DNA of 64,000 bases from Candidatus Bathyarchaeota archaeon (lineage in GTDB: Archaea > Thermoproteota > Bathyarchaeia > Bathyarchaeales > Bathycorpusculaceae). Both the position numbers and the translations under genes were made by a program. The first letter of the stretch is position 1. Each line of letters opens with the position of its first letter. The notes under the pieces were generated by a model. The model was given only the letters and a program-made list of their open reading frames with translations, was not told where the DNA came from and ran no database searches. Location of the stretch: the NCBI GenBank assembly GCA_963768425.1, contig CAVYHV010000014.1, forward strand, positions 288,001 through 352,000, in the 5' to 3' direction. Positions 27,787-36,724 of this stretch are shown here, one piece after another.

Positions 27787-29325
27787 ATGAGCATGACTGA
27801 ACAAACTGAGCCCGCCAAAAAGACCGCTTACGACAAGCTTGTCGACTGGTTTGACGTGAAGTTCGGCTTCGCCAAAGCGCCGCTAAAGCCGATTCCAGAC
27901 TTCACTATGAACCCGATTTACTGGCTCGGCTTGCTATTAGCTGTGACTTTCGGCTTACAGGCGCTAACAGGAATCTTCATGCTTCTCTACTATGTGCCTA
28001 CACCTGCCCAAGCCTACTCGTCGACGGCATCTATAATCAGTTCCGTGCCTCTTGGTTCGCTTGTTGAAACCTTTCACCTGTACACAGCCTACGCCATGAT
28101 TATCTTGACATTTCTCCACCTCACCCGCAACTTTTTCGGCAGCGCTCACAAAGGGAACAGGGATTTAATGTGGCTTGTCGGAGTCATTTTGGCTGTAGTA
28201 GTCGTTAGCTTCGGGGTGACAGGGTATCTTTTACCGTGGACAGTGATTTCAAAGTCGGCAAGCGACGTCGCCATTGGATTTCTCAACTTCTTCCCCGTTG
28301 GCTTAGCAAACCTTGGAAAATTCGTTGCGGTAGGCTCAGGCAGCGACGCATCAGAGTTGACAACGTTCCTTCACATTCACACCGTTTTCCTTCCGCTAGC
28401 GCTCATTGGACTTTTGGGGTTGAAGATTTACATGTATGAAGTGCATGGCCCAATCTACGTGTCAGCTTACGGAAAACCGGGAAAAGGCAAGTACTACAAC
28501 TGGTTCCCGAAGATCTTCCTCTACTTCGTCATGCTCGCAAGCGCCTACGTAGCGATACTGCTGGCTGCATCTTCCCTTTTCCCTCTGGTTTTGCCACCAG
28601 CATATTCCGCAGCAACCGCCGGCGCATATGTCGTCCAGCCTGACTGGTATCTGCTATGGGTTTACCAACTCTTGAAAATCCAGATTTTTGAAGGACCAGC
28701 CGCGGCTTACGTGATAGCCGCTCTAATTGCTTTTGGAGTACTTCTTTTCCTCATGCCTTTCTACGACAGAAGCAAACGCAGAAACATAAGTCAAAGACCA
28801 GTCTATACCACTATCGGCGCCGTGCTGATAATTGAGCTCATAACTCTAACCATATGGGGCTATCTGACTCCTGGGCGAATAATTCCGGATTACCAAGCCC
28901 TGCTTGTTTTAGGCGGAGTAGCTGTGGCAACTATCGCTGCGCTTTGGGCGGTTTATCGACTACGACGAAAAACAAACACAGCAACTGTCCTGCCGACACA
29001 ATCTACAGCAAACCCACTCTTGACCAGCCCGCTCATGACGACACCATCCATCGCAAACCATTCCCCAAAGAGGGCTGCCCAGTCGAAAAAACAACTTGTA
29101 AAGCGTGCAGGCCAAAACTTGTTTAATTCGTTCACCGCTGTTTTCGCCGTTTTCCTGGCTGTTGCATCAGTTTCACTGGCGTCAGCCGTAAACATGTTAC
29201 CTAACGTTTTACCAAATGCGCCCTTCTTCGTGTTAGCTTTGTCTGCTTTTGTCGTTTCGGCGTTTTTCATGAGTCGGATGCTACGAAAGTTTGTGTTAGC
29301 GTATAACGGAGCAGTGACTAAATGA
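27787..29325 (+). CDS. cytochrome b of a bc-type complex (fused b6 + subunit IV type, extra C-terminal TMs)
   Basis: LTGIFMLLYYVP, FHLYTAYAMIILTFLH, TGYLLPW, Qo motif PDWY, MPFYDRS. Confidence 0.92.
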   Translation: MSMTEQTEPAKKTAYDKLVDWFDVKFGFAKAPLKPIPDFTMNPIYWLGLLLAVTFGLQALTGIFMLLYYVPTPAQAYSSTASIISSVPLGSLVETFHLYTAYAMIILTFLHLTRNFFGSAHKGNRDLMWLVGVILAVVVVSFGVTGYLLPWTVISKSASDVAIGFLNFFPVGLANLGKFVAVGSGSDASELTTFLHIHTVFLPLALIGLLGLKIYMYEVHGPIYVSAYGKPGKGKYYNWFPKIFLYFVMLASAYVAILLAASSLFPLVLPPAYSAATAGAYVVQPDWYLLWVYQLLKIQIFEGPAAAYVIAALIAFGVLLFLMPFYDRSKRRNISQRPVYTTIGAVLIIELITLTIWGYLTPGRIIPDYQALLVLGGVAVATIAALWAVYRLRRKTNTATVLPTQSTANPLLTSPLMTTPSIANHSPKRAAQSKKQLVKRAGQNLFNSFTAVFAVFLAVASVSLASAVNMLPNVLPNAPFFVLALSAFVVSAFFMSRMLRKFVLAYNGAVTK

Positions 29326-29978
29326 TGAAGGACAACTTTGACTCTTTGCGCGTCACCGCCTATTTCCTATTGGCTTTCCTGGCAATTGTCGGAGTTGCAG
29401 TTTGGCTTCTAAACCTGATAACTCAATGGAGAGTCTTCGGTTTCTTGATGAGCGCAGAATTCACCGCATTCGCAATGCTCGTCTACCTTTTCTATATGGA
29501 AGACCCGGTTGCAGCCAAGAAAATATTAACCTCCGGGTTCGTTGCCCTAGGAATCCTAATTATTTTGGCAGGCGCCGTTTTAGCTGGTGCTGGGACACCG
29601 GTGACGCTGCCTAAGCCCAATGTTTCAGTCACTCTTTACGCTGGCGAGGTTTCCTCCAACTTGTTCGGATTCGGAAACAGCGCAACTTCCATAACTTCGC
29701 CTGGTCCAACCTTAACGTTCACGGTGGGCGACGTCGTAAACATGACTGTTTTCAACGCGGGAACAATGCCTCATAACTGGGCGCTAGTCGCCTCAAACGA
29801 TACTTCAGGCAAAGTTCTTTTCGGCGCACAAATCGACAGCGGCCAAGTTCCCATACCCGTCAACGAATCAGCATCGGTTGTTTTCAGAGTCACAAAAGCT
29901 GGGAATTACTACTACATTTGTCAGGTTGCGGGTCACGTACAGTTAGGTATGTGGGGCAGTGTGATAGCGAATCCGTGA
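29322..29978 (+). CDS. membrane-anchored type-1 blue copper protein (sulfocyanin/plastocyanin-like)
   Basis: Three N-terminal TMs; PHNW...YYYICQVAGHVQLGMWG gives H/C/H/M ligands. Confidence 0.88.
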   Translation: MMKDNFDSLRVTAYFLLAFLAIVGVAVWLLNLITQWRVFGFLMSAEFTAFAMLVYLFYMEDPVAAKKILTSGFVALGILIILAGAVLAGAGTPVTLPKPNVSVTLYAGEVSSNLFGFGNSATSITSPGPTLTFTVGDVVNMTVFNAGTMPHNWALVASNDTSGKVLFGAQIDSGQVPIPVNESASVVFRVTKAGNYYYICQVAGHVQLGMWGSVIANP

Positions 29979-30778
29979 CACAAAAAACCGCTGAAAAACT
30001 TTATGCTTCATGCCTCTTTTTCCTCGCAAGTTTACTTACGGGCCTGGTAAGCTTGGTCGCGTTAGGTTTTGTGTTTGCAAAGCAAAAAACCGAAAAGACA
30101 CATGAACCTAAAAAAGCAAAGGGTTTCCTTGCAGATGAGCATAAAGCACTGAATTTTTACAGAGTATTCTCTGTTGCCTACGACACTTTGAACCCGTACT
30201 TGTACACCGACGCCATGCGCAGCGAGATGGTAAATCAAATCCCAAACGGCGCAAACCTGCGGGTGCTCGACGTTGGATGCGGAACAGGCTACACCACATC
30301 AGGAGTTTTGAAGCGAGGAGACGTTTCAGAAATGGTTGCGTTGGACATGAACCCTGTGCAGCTCAAAAGAGCCGTCAAAAATCTGCGCCCGGAAAAGGTC
30401 AGGACTTTTATTTCAAGAGGCGACGCGGACAACTTGCCGTTTGCAGACTACTCTTTTGATGCGGTGATTTCTGTTGGAGCTATCGAGTATTTTCCTGATC
30501 CTGAGAAAACAATTATGGAGTTTGCAAGAGTCATAAAATCCAGCGGAACCGTTATTGTTGGCGGACCTGAATTGGGTTGGTTCAGCAAGCTGGCTTTAAA
30601 CAGGGTTTTTTACACGCCTTCCGTCCGAGAAATGGAGACTTTTTTTCGCAAAGCAGATCTTGTCAGGGTGAAATCCAGCCTTACAGGTATGAAAACTTTT
30701 TTCGGAACAAGCAAGTATGTTGTTTTTGCCGTTGGAAAGAAGCCGAGTCGACTGAGGATTAACGGGAAGACTAGGTAG
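29975..30778 (+). CDS. quinone-ring SAM methyltransferase, VTE3/MPBQ-MT-like (UbiE/MenG functional class)
   Basis: FYRVFSVAYD.LNP..YTDAMR, VLDVGCGTGYTT, GDADNLPF, SVGAIEYFPDP; adjacent to menA. Confidence 0.75.
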   Translation: MTQKTAEKLYASCLFFLASLLTGLVSLVALGFVFAKQKTEKTHEPKKAKGFLADEHKALNFYRVFSVAYDTLNPYLYTDAMRSEMVNQIPNGANLRVLDVGCGTGYTTSGVLKRGDVSEMVALDMNPVQLKRAVKNLRPEKVRTFISRGDADNLPFADYSFDAVISVGAIEYFPDPEKTIMEFARVIKSSGTVIVGGPELGWFSKLALNRVFYTPSVREMETFFRKADLVRVKSSLTGMKTFFGTSKYVVFAVGKKPSRLRINGKTR

Positions 30779-30781
30779 GGT

Positions 30782-31813
30782 TTAAGGTTTTTTTCTTGAA
30801 CTAAGCAAAGCCCAAGCCACAGGAGCATATGCAATGGCCAGCATTGCCAAGATGAAGACGAGTTGAAACGGGTTAGCTTTGTTCAATGTGCCCGCGACTG
30901 AGTAACCCGCGATTAAACCGAAGGCGGTCACGCTGTGAGCCACTATCATGTCAAGGTTGGCTGGTGCCATCAATCTCGGATTGTCATTATGTATCCTAAC
31001 GACCCTAATGGAGTGGATTACGAGAGGCAGGGAAAGCAAAGCGACTAGAGTGTAGAGCGGTATGAAGCCGAGCAAGGCAGAAGCGACGATTATCGAGTAT
31101 GTGCATATCCAGCTTGCTATGTACAGTTTGATCCCTGCCTGTTTGCCGTACCTTGCGACAAGCGTGAGTTTCCCAGCAGCTGTGTCCTCCTTTATGTCAG
31201 GAATCTCATTAATCACAATCATTGAAAACAGCATAACTCCTAAAGGCAACGTCGCCAAAAAAGCCTGCAACGTTATGGTTTGCGCTTGAACATAAAAGGC
31301 GCCTAAACCGATGATTGAGCCGAAATTCACCAGCATTGCAAGCTCGCCTAGCCCGTGGTGGCCAAAGCTTATCGGCGGAGCGGTATAGAAAACAGCACAA
31401 AACACACCGAATATTCCAAATGCCAAGATAGGCAAGCCTCGTGTTAAGGTGAGGTAGAAGCCGACAATCAAAGTGACGAGGTAGCACAGGGTGAATGCCT
31501 TAAACATGCTCCTAGGCGTCAAGAGTCCGCTGCTAAGAGTAGCGCTGCCGCCTGAATACGGGTTCTTCTCACCTGGTGCAAGCTTGTCCACACTGTGTTT
31601 ATAGTCGAAATAATCGTCGGTCATGTTTAAACCGATGTGATTAATAATTATGGCGACGAGAACAAGAAGGAAATACAGTGGAGTAAAACCGCTGTTAGTA
31701 GCCCAACTGACTAAGCCGCCCAAAACGGCGGGGAAGATACTGGGAGGCACAAAGTGGTAACGGAACGCTCGCCACCACACTTTCGCTTTACTGATTTGAT
31801 CTGTGCTTGACAT
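30782..31813 (-). CDS. menA: 1,4-dihydroxy-2-naphthoate polyprenyltransferase (UbiA superfamily)
   Basis: NMTDDYFDYKHSVD, YTAPP....HGLGE, NEIPDIKEDTAAGKLTL. Confidence 0.88.
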   Translation of the reverse strand: MSSTDQISKAKVWWRAFRYHFVPPSIFPAVLGGLVSWATNSGFTPLYFLLVLVAIIINHIGLNMTDDYFDYKHSVDKLAPGEKNPYSGGSATLSSGLLTPRSMFKAFTLCYLVTLIVGFYLTLTRGLPILAFGIFGVFCAVFYTAPPISFGHHGLGELAMLVNFGSIIGLGAFYVQAQTITLQAFLATLPLGVMLFSMIVINEIPDIKEDTAAGKLTLVARYGKQAGIKLYIASWICTYSIIVASALLGFIPLYTLVALLSLPLVIHSIRVVRIHNDNPRLMAPANLDMIVAHSVTAFGLIAGYSVAGTLNKANPFQLVFILAMLAIAYAPVAWALLSSRKKP

Positions 31814-32113
31814 CCTTGTACAATCCTAAAGAAATATTTACATTAAGTAAATAGATAAACCTAAATTCAAGGGCTTAGCAGAAGCAGGCGCCAAAACGTC
31901 TGCATCCCGACATCTAAATAATCAAATTCGGCAAATTAAAACCTACCTAAACTGAAGGCGACATGGTTTAATGAATTTTCTTCGCCCTTCAGCCATTTAG
32001 AAATAATTTTTGTGTAGACATAAAGCAACAAAAAAGGGCGAAATTAAATCGATTCTTTTGTCTTAACTCTACTTTCCCCATTTCAACCTCTTTTTGACAA
32101 AACAGGACAAGAA

Positions 32114-32413
32114 TTATTGAGGCGGCTGTTCTGCTTTGCGTTTTCTGAAAAGAATGAACACGTGGCCCCTAACTTCAACCAAGCCGGACCCAGTTTGCTC
32201 AGCAGCTTTGGAACCTATTGATTGAGCTGTGTTATCACTTTGCAAAGCGGCAGGCAAAACCCTGACTTTCACCATCTTGTTTTTCTGCAGTTGCTTCTCC
32301 ATCTCGCCAATGCACTGCGGCGTTAAGCCTTCTTTGCCGACCCAAATTGTTGGGTTCTCATCTTTCAAAACGTGCCTAACGTGACGTTTCATTCGCGTAG
32401 TTATTTTGCTCAA
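32114..32413 (-). CDS. yhbY: YhbY/CRM RNA-binding protein
   Basis: PTIWVGKEGLT...MVKVR...VEVRGHVFILFR. Confidence 0.9.
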   Translation of the reverse strand: MSKITTRMKRHVRHVLKDENPTIWVGKEGLTPQCIGEMEKQLQKNKMVKVRVLPAALQSDNTAQSIGSKAAEQTGSGLVEVRGHVFILFRKRKAEQPPQ

Positions 32414-32735
32414 GATTTTGTTGCACCTTTCTCTTTCTTAACATCATGCGGGTCTGATTGCCGCAGTTTAAACAAGTTATTACAACATGAGGCTCCCTTT
32501 TCTGCTTTACCCTAACCCGACAATTATAGCCTTGAACAAGCAGCGCATTGCAGTTTTTGCATGTTTGCCTCCGAAATTCTGTGGGCAATCGAATTCTAGC
32601 AGCCATAGCGATTCTTCGAGCTGACTTTACATATTGTGCGGCTAATTTGGGGTCTTCTTTAGAAATTTTCTTTGCCTCATCTAGCAGTGTTTGAATTCGC
32701 TGCCTTGCAATTTGCTTAACGCTGGTTTGCCTCAT
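32376..32735 (-). CDS. rnp4: ribonuclease P protein component 4 (Rpp21)
   Basis: IARQRIQTL...CKNC...CLNCG zinc ribbon. Confidence 0.93.
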   Translation of the reverse strand: MRQTSVKQIARQRIQTLLDEAKKISKEDPKLAAQYVKSARRIAMAARIRLPTEFRRQTCKNCNALLVQGYNCRVRVKQKREPHVVITCLNCGNQTRMMLRKRKVQQNLEQNNYANETSR

Positions 32736-32795
32736 TTAGCCTTCACAAACAACAAATAACGTGCTGAGACTCGAACATAACATTTGCGCCTTCAA

Positions 32796-33683
32796 TCAGC
32801 TTTTCCCTAAAAGTTCAAGCTTCAACCGTTTCAGCGCTTCGTGCATTTCAAGCGGTTTGCTTTTCAGCGTCTGCTGGGCTTTTGTGGTGTCAAGCGATGA
32901 ATCCATTGGTCGCTTCGCCGGCCATTTGAATTGTGAAGACAGAGCTGGATCTATGAGGTTTTTGTCAAGGTCGAATGTTTCTGCAATTTGTTGGGCAAAT
33001 TGGAATCTGCTGACTCGTGTGGCGCCGCAAAGATGAAATGTTCCTGTTAAGTGGCGTTCAGCTGCTTCAAGCGTCATTTCTGCCAGATTCGTGTTGAGTG
33101 TTGGTGTGTTCCATTGGTCAGTCAAGATTTTGAGGTGTTCTCCTTTGCGAAGCGCTTCAATTAGCCAAAGCGCGAAGTTAACTTTTCCAGCTGCAGGTGT
33201 GGAGCCGTAAATTACGCTTGGCCTGCCAATAAGATATTCGGGCAGAGCCTTAACAAGGTCTTCAGCCGCAAGTTTGGTTAGCCCGTAGTAATTAATCGGG
33301 TCAGGCTTGTCTAACTCGGTGTAATTGCCTTTTTCTCCGTTGAAAACATAATCTGTTGAAATGTATATCAAAAAAGAACCAACCATCTTGGCTGCGTTCA
33401 CGATATTTCGCGTGCCTTCAACGTTGATTTTCCACGCAAGCTCCTTGTTTAATTCACATTTATCAACATCAGTCAGGGTTGCAGCGTGAACCACTACGTC
33501 GGGCTTAACCCGGCTAAATGCTTGGTCAACCAGTTCTTTGTTTGAAACGTCAAACTTGACAAAGTTGCCGCAAACCGGCATCTCCTGAACGTCGCAGGAA
33601 TATACTTCAATATTTCTTTCAATCGCCGTCTTCGCGAGTTTTGAGCCGTAGAGACCTATGGCGCCAGTGATTAGGAGTTTCAA
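32796..33683 (-). CDS. rfbD: dTDP-4-dehydrorhamnose reductase
   Basis: ISTDYVFNG, YGLTKLAAE, AKRP..SSLD; likely TTG start at 33683. Confidence 0.9.
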   Translation of the reverse strand: MKLLITGAIGLYGSKLAKTAIERNIEVYSCDVQEMPVCGNFVKFDVSNKELVDQAFSRVKPDVVVHAATLTDVDKCELNKELAWKINVEGTRNIVNAAKMVGSFLIYISTDYVFNGEKGNYTELDKPDPINYYGLTKLAAEDLVKALPEYLIGRPSVIYGSTPAAGKVNFALWLIEALRKGEHLKILTDQWNTPTLNTNLAEMTLEAAERHLTGTFHLCGATRVSRFQFAQQIAETFDLDKNLIDPALSSQFKWPAKRPMDSSLDTTKAQQTLKSKPLEMHEALKRLKLELLGKS

Positions 33684-34688
33684 TGGAATCCACTCAGTTT
33701 CCAAGGGGTCGGATGGAGAATCACATCGTTCGCGAATGGTGTCCACCAATGCTCGTTGTCAAGATACCAGCGGACAGTAGATTCTAAAGATTCTTCGAAG
33801 TTGCATTTCGGCTGCCAATTCAATGTTTTCCTTATTTTTGACGAATCCAAGCTATATCTTGTATCATGGCCTGGACGGTCTTCAACAAAATTGATCAAAC
33901 TTTCAGGTTTATGCACAGCAGGCGAGTATTTTCTTTACAATCTCGATGTTTGTAATTTCGTTTCCAGCTGAAACGTTGTATACCTCGCCAGATTTTCCCT
34001 TCTCAAGAACCGTTTCGATTGCTTCACAATGATCTCGAACGTGGATCCAGTCGCGTATGTTTTTGCCTGACCCATAGACCGGTATGGGAAGATCTCTCTG
34101 CGCACGTATGATTGTTTTCGGAATAAGCTTCTCCGGCAGCTGATAAGGACCGAAATTGTTTGTGCAGCGGGTAATTGACACGTTCAAGTTGTAAGTTCTA
34201 TGGTACGACAGAACGAACATGTCAGCTGCAGCTTTGGAAGCGGAGTAAGGATTGGATGGTTTAGGCGGCTCATTCTCTGTGAAGGAACCTTCCAACGTTT
34301 CCCCGTAAACCTCGTCAGTTGAAACCTGCAGAAGCCGAACTTTATGATTGTGCTTGCGTATGGCTTCCAAAACTGTGAAGGTGCCGATTGTGTTGTTTTG
34401 CAGAAACACGTTTGGGTCAGCAATGCTTCGATCAACATGCGTCTCTGCTGCAATGTTAACAATAGCATCTACTTGATGTATGAGCCTGCTGATAAGCAAA
34501 GGATTGCAAATGTCGCCTTTGATGAATGTGTATCTTTTATCGTTTTCAACATCATGCAGATTAGCCGGGTTGGCGCCTATTCCTACCTTGTCGACATTTA
34601 TCAATTCGTAATCAGGGTATTTCTCAAGGATGTATCGGCAAAAATTGCTGCCGATGAAGCCTAAACCGCCAGTAACTAACAGTCTCAT
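33680..34688 (-). CDS. rfbB: dTDP-glucose 4,6-dehydratase (frameshift near 33915)
   Basis: TGGLGFIGSNF, AAETHVDRSI, STDEVYG, YSASKA; C-terminal DRPGHDTRY in second frame. Confidence 0.93.
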
Positions 34689-34694
34689 GGTTGA

Positions 34695-35216
34695 TCACTT
34701 ATGAGCCGGGAGATTCCAATCCCAAGCTTTACCTACTCGAACATCGTTCTTTTTGCCGTTGATAATTTTGGGGATAAGCAGAGGGTCATTCCAGGGTCTG
34801 CGTTCCTCATCAGGATTGGCGGGGTCATACAGGTTTGTTGTAAAGTACAGGAGCATAGCGGATTCGTCGCCTAGAGCCTTGAAGCCATGCCAGTAATGAC
34901 CTGGAATTCGAACCACCTGCAGGTTTAACGCGCTTGAGATAACCTCGTCAAGTTCTTTTGTTTCATCGTCGAAAGCGCAGATTTTTATTAATCCTTTAAG
35001 CGCCAAAAAATAATCTACTTGTCCTCTCAGATGCCTGTGCCATGCACGGATAACGCCAGGGTAAGTTGATGAAAGATTAGCCTGTGCAACAGCATCCTCT
35101 CCGAAAAGATCTTTCCAGTCTTTACGCATAACTTCGGTGAAAAAGCCGCGTTCATCTGGTAACCGACTTATTGGTTTAATCCGTATGCCCTGTAACATGT
35201 CAGTGCTTCCCTGCAT
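34695..35216 (-). CDS. rfbC: dTDP-4-dehydrorhamnose 3,5-epimerase
   Basis: DERGFFTE, GVIRAWHRH, IPGHYWHGF. Confidence 0.9.
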   Translation of the reverse strand: MQGSTDMLQGIRIKPISRLPDERGFFTEVMRKDWKDLFGEDAVAQANLSSTYPGVIRAWHRHLRGQVDYFLALKGLIKICAFDDETKELDEVISSALNLQVVRIPGHYWHGFKALGDESAMLLYFTTNLYDPANPDEERRPWNDPLLIPKIINGKKNDVRVGKAWDWNLPAHK

Positions 35217-35259
35217 TAATTCCTATAATAATATTTATAATAGTTGTTATTTTCTCGGG

Positions 35260-36318
35260 CTAAACTTCTATCTCTGAGTAGTCGCCTACATGCAACTTGA
35301 TAGTTCTGTTCCTTTGGTTCTTTGTCACCTTTGCGTTTTTGCCAATCAAGCTGTCTTCCAGCCGCTCTATGCCTTTAACAGTAACGTTTTCTTGTATGAC
35401 ACAGTATTCGATGTTGGAGTTGACCACCTGCGAGCAGTTGCCAACGCTCGTGTACGGCCCGATGAAAGAGTTTTCAATCAAGGCCCCTCGCCCTATCACG
35501 CATGGTCCTCTAATGGTGCTGTCTGTCACTTTGGCTTCTGGCTCAATCTTAACTCTGCCATCCAATGTACTGTTTTTTACCTCTCCTTTTACGTCAAGAG
35601 TGATGTATTCATCAAGGATTTTCGCGTTTGCAGATAGAATATCATCTTTTTTGCCTGTGTCAAGCCACCAAGAATTTAGGATTTCAGCTTTGACCTTGAA
35701 CCCCATGTTTATCATTTCTTGGATGGCGTCAGTGATTTCCAACTCGCCCCGCCCAGAAGGCTTTATCCGTTCAATTGCCTGATGGACTTTGCCCGAGAAC
35801 AGATAGGTGCCGATGATGGCAAGGTTACCCATCGGGGTTTTAGGTTTCTCAACGAGTTTGATGATGTTTCCTTTTTCGTCAAGTTGAGCTATCCCAAAAC
35901 TCGACGGGTTATCAACCTCTTTGAGGATGATAAGTGCATCAAGGTGTTCGTTTTTGAATTTCTTCACAAACGCGTTTAAACCTTGACCAGTAACGTTGTC
36001 GCCGAGGCACATGATAAAGGAATCTTGCCCCAAAAAACGTTTAGCAGTCCTGACTGCGTGTGCTAAACCAAGAGGCTCCTGAGGAATATAGGTAACATCG
36101 AGACCCCAAGCTGAACCGCCGTTAACGTAGTCCTTAACATACTGCCCAGTTTCCGGCGCAGTGATTATCCCGACTTTTTTTACGGCCGTTGCAGCCACTT
36201 GGTCAAGAACGTACCCCAAAATTGGTTTGTTAGCCACTGGAATAAGCTGTTTGGCGCAAGTGAAAGTTAAAGGCCTAAGCCTGGTGCCTTTTCCCCCGCT
36301 GAGAACAAGTGCCTTCAT
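35260..36318 (-). CDS. rfbA: glucose-1-phosphate thymidylyltransferase (long form)
   Basis: LSGGKGTRLRPLT...KQLIPVANKP, EKP, RGELEITDAIQ. Confidence 0.94.
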   Translation of the reverse strand: MKALVLSGGKGTRLRPLTFTCAKQLIPVANKPILGYVLDQVAATAVKKVGIITAPETGQYVKDYVNGGSAWGLDVTYIPQEPLGLAHAVRTAKRFLGQDSFIMCLGDNVTGQGLNAFVKKFKNEHLDALIILKEVDNPSSFGIAQLDEKGNIIKLVEKPKTPMGNLAIIGTYLFSGKVHQAIERIKPSGRGELEITDAIQEMINMGFKVKAEILNSWWLDTGKKDDILSANAKILDEYITLDVKGEVKNSTLDGRVKIEPEAKVTDSTIRGPCVIGRGALIENSFIGPYTSVGNCSQVVNSNIEYCVIQENVTVKGIERLEDSLIGKNAKVTKNQRNRTIKLHVGDYSEIEV

Positions 36319-36468
36319 GAATATCCCAAACGCATATGGTTTTAACTATGACCTGCTTTTTCCACTTAAAGGTTATGTAAAATATTTCTTTGTGGTTACA
36401 TTGACGCAATCACATAATCGTATTAACATTAAAGAAGAATAACAACTTAGAGACCACTAATTTATCGG

Positions 36469-36667
36469 GTGAACGAAAACGCAAACCCAACTCAAACGTA
36501 AAGTCAACCATTATTTTGCGAACCTCACAAACAAATGTAAGTTCGCTGATTCATGTAGTTTATTCGCTAAATCAAACTACACCTGCACAAAGGACGGCGG
36601 AAGCTACTGCGGCAAATACAGAACACTGACCAGAATGGCACGGAATAGTTCCGCCAAAACAAATTAA
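36469..36667 (+). CDS. small 4-Cys protein missed by ORF track (probable 1-nt error after GTG start)
   Basis: Frame 36473-36667 reads ...FANLTNKCKFADSCSLFAKSNYTCTKDGGSYCGKYRTL... Confidence 0.5.
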
Positions 36668-36724
36668 TGGAAATTCACTAAAAACCACTAAAGTAAACAA
36701 ATCGCTCAAAAGAAATGTGGGAAC

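Noticed and set aside
13776-32113. Calling the respiratory block a mobile element
   Set aside because: No integrase, transposase, att duplication or terminal repeats found at either boundary.
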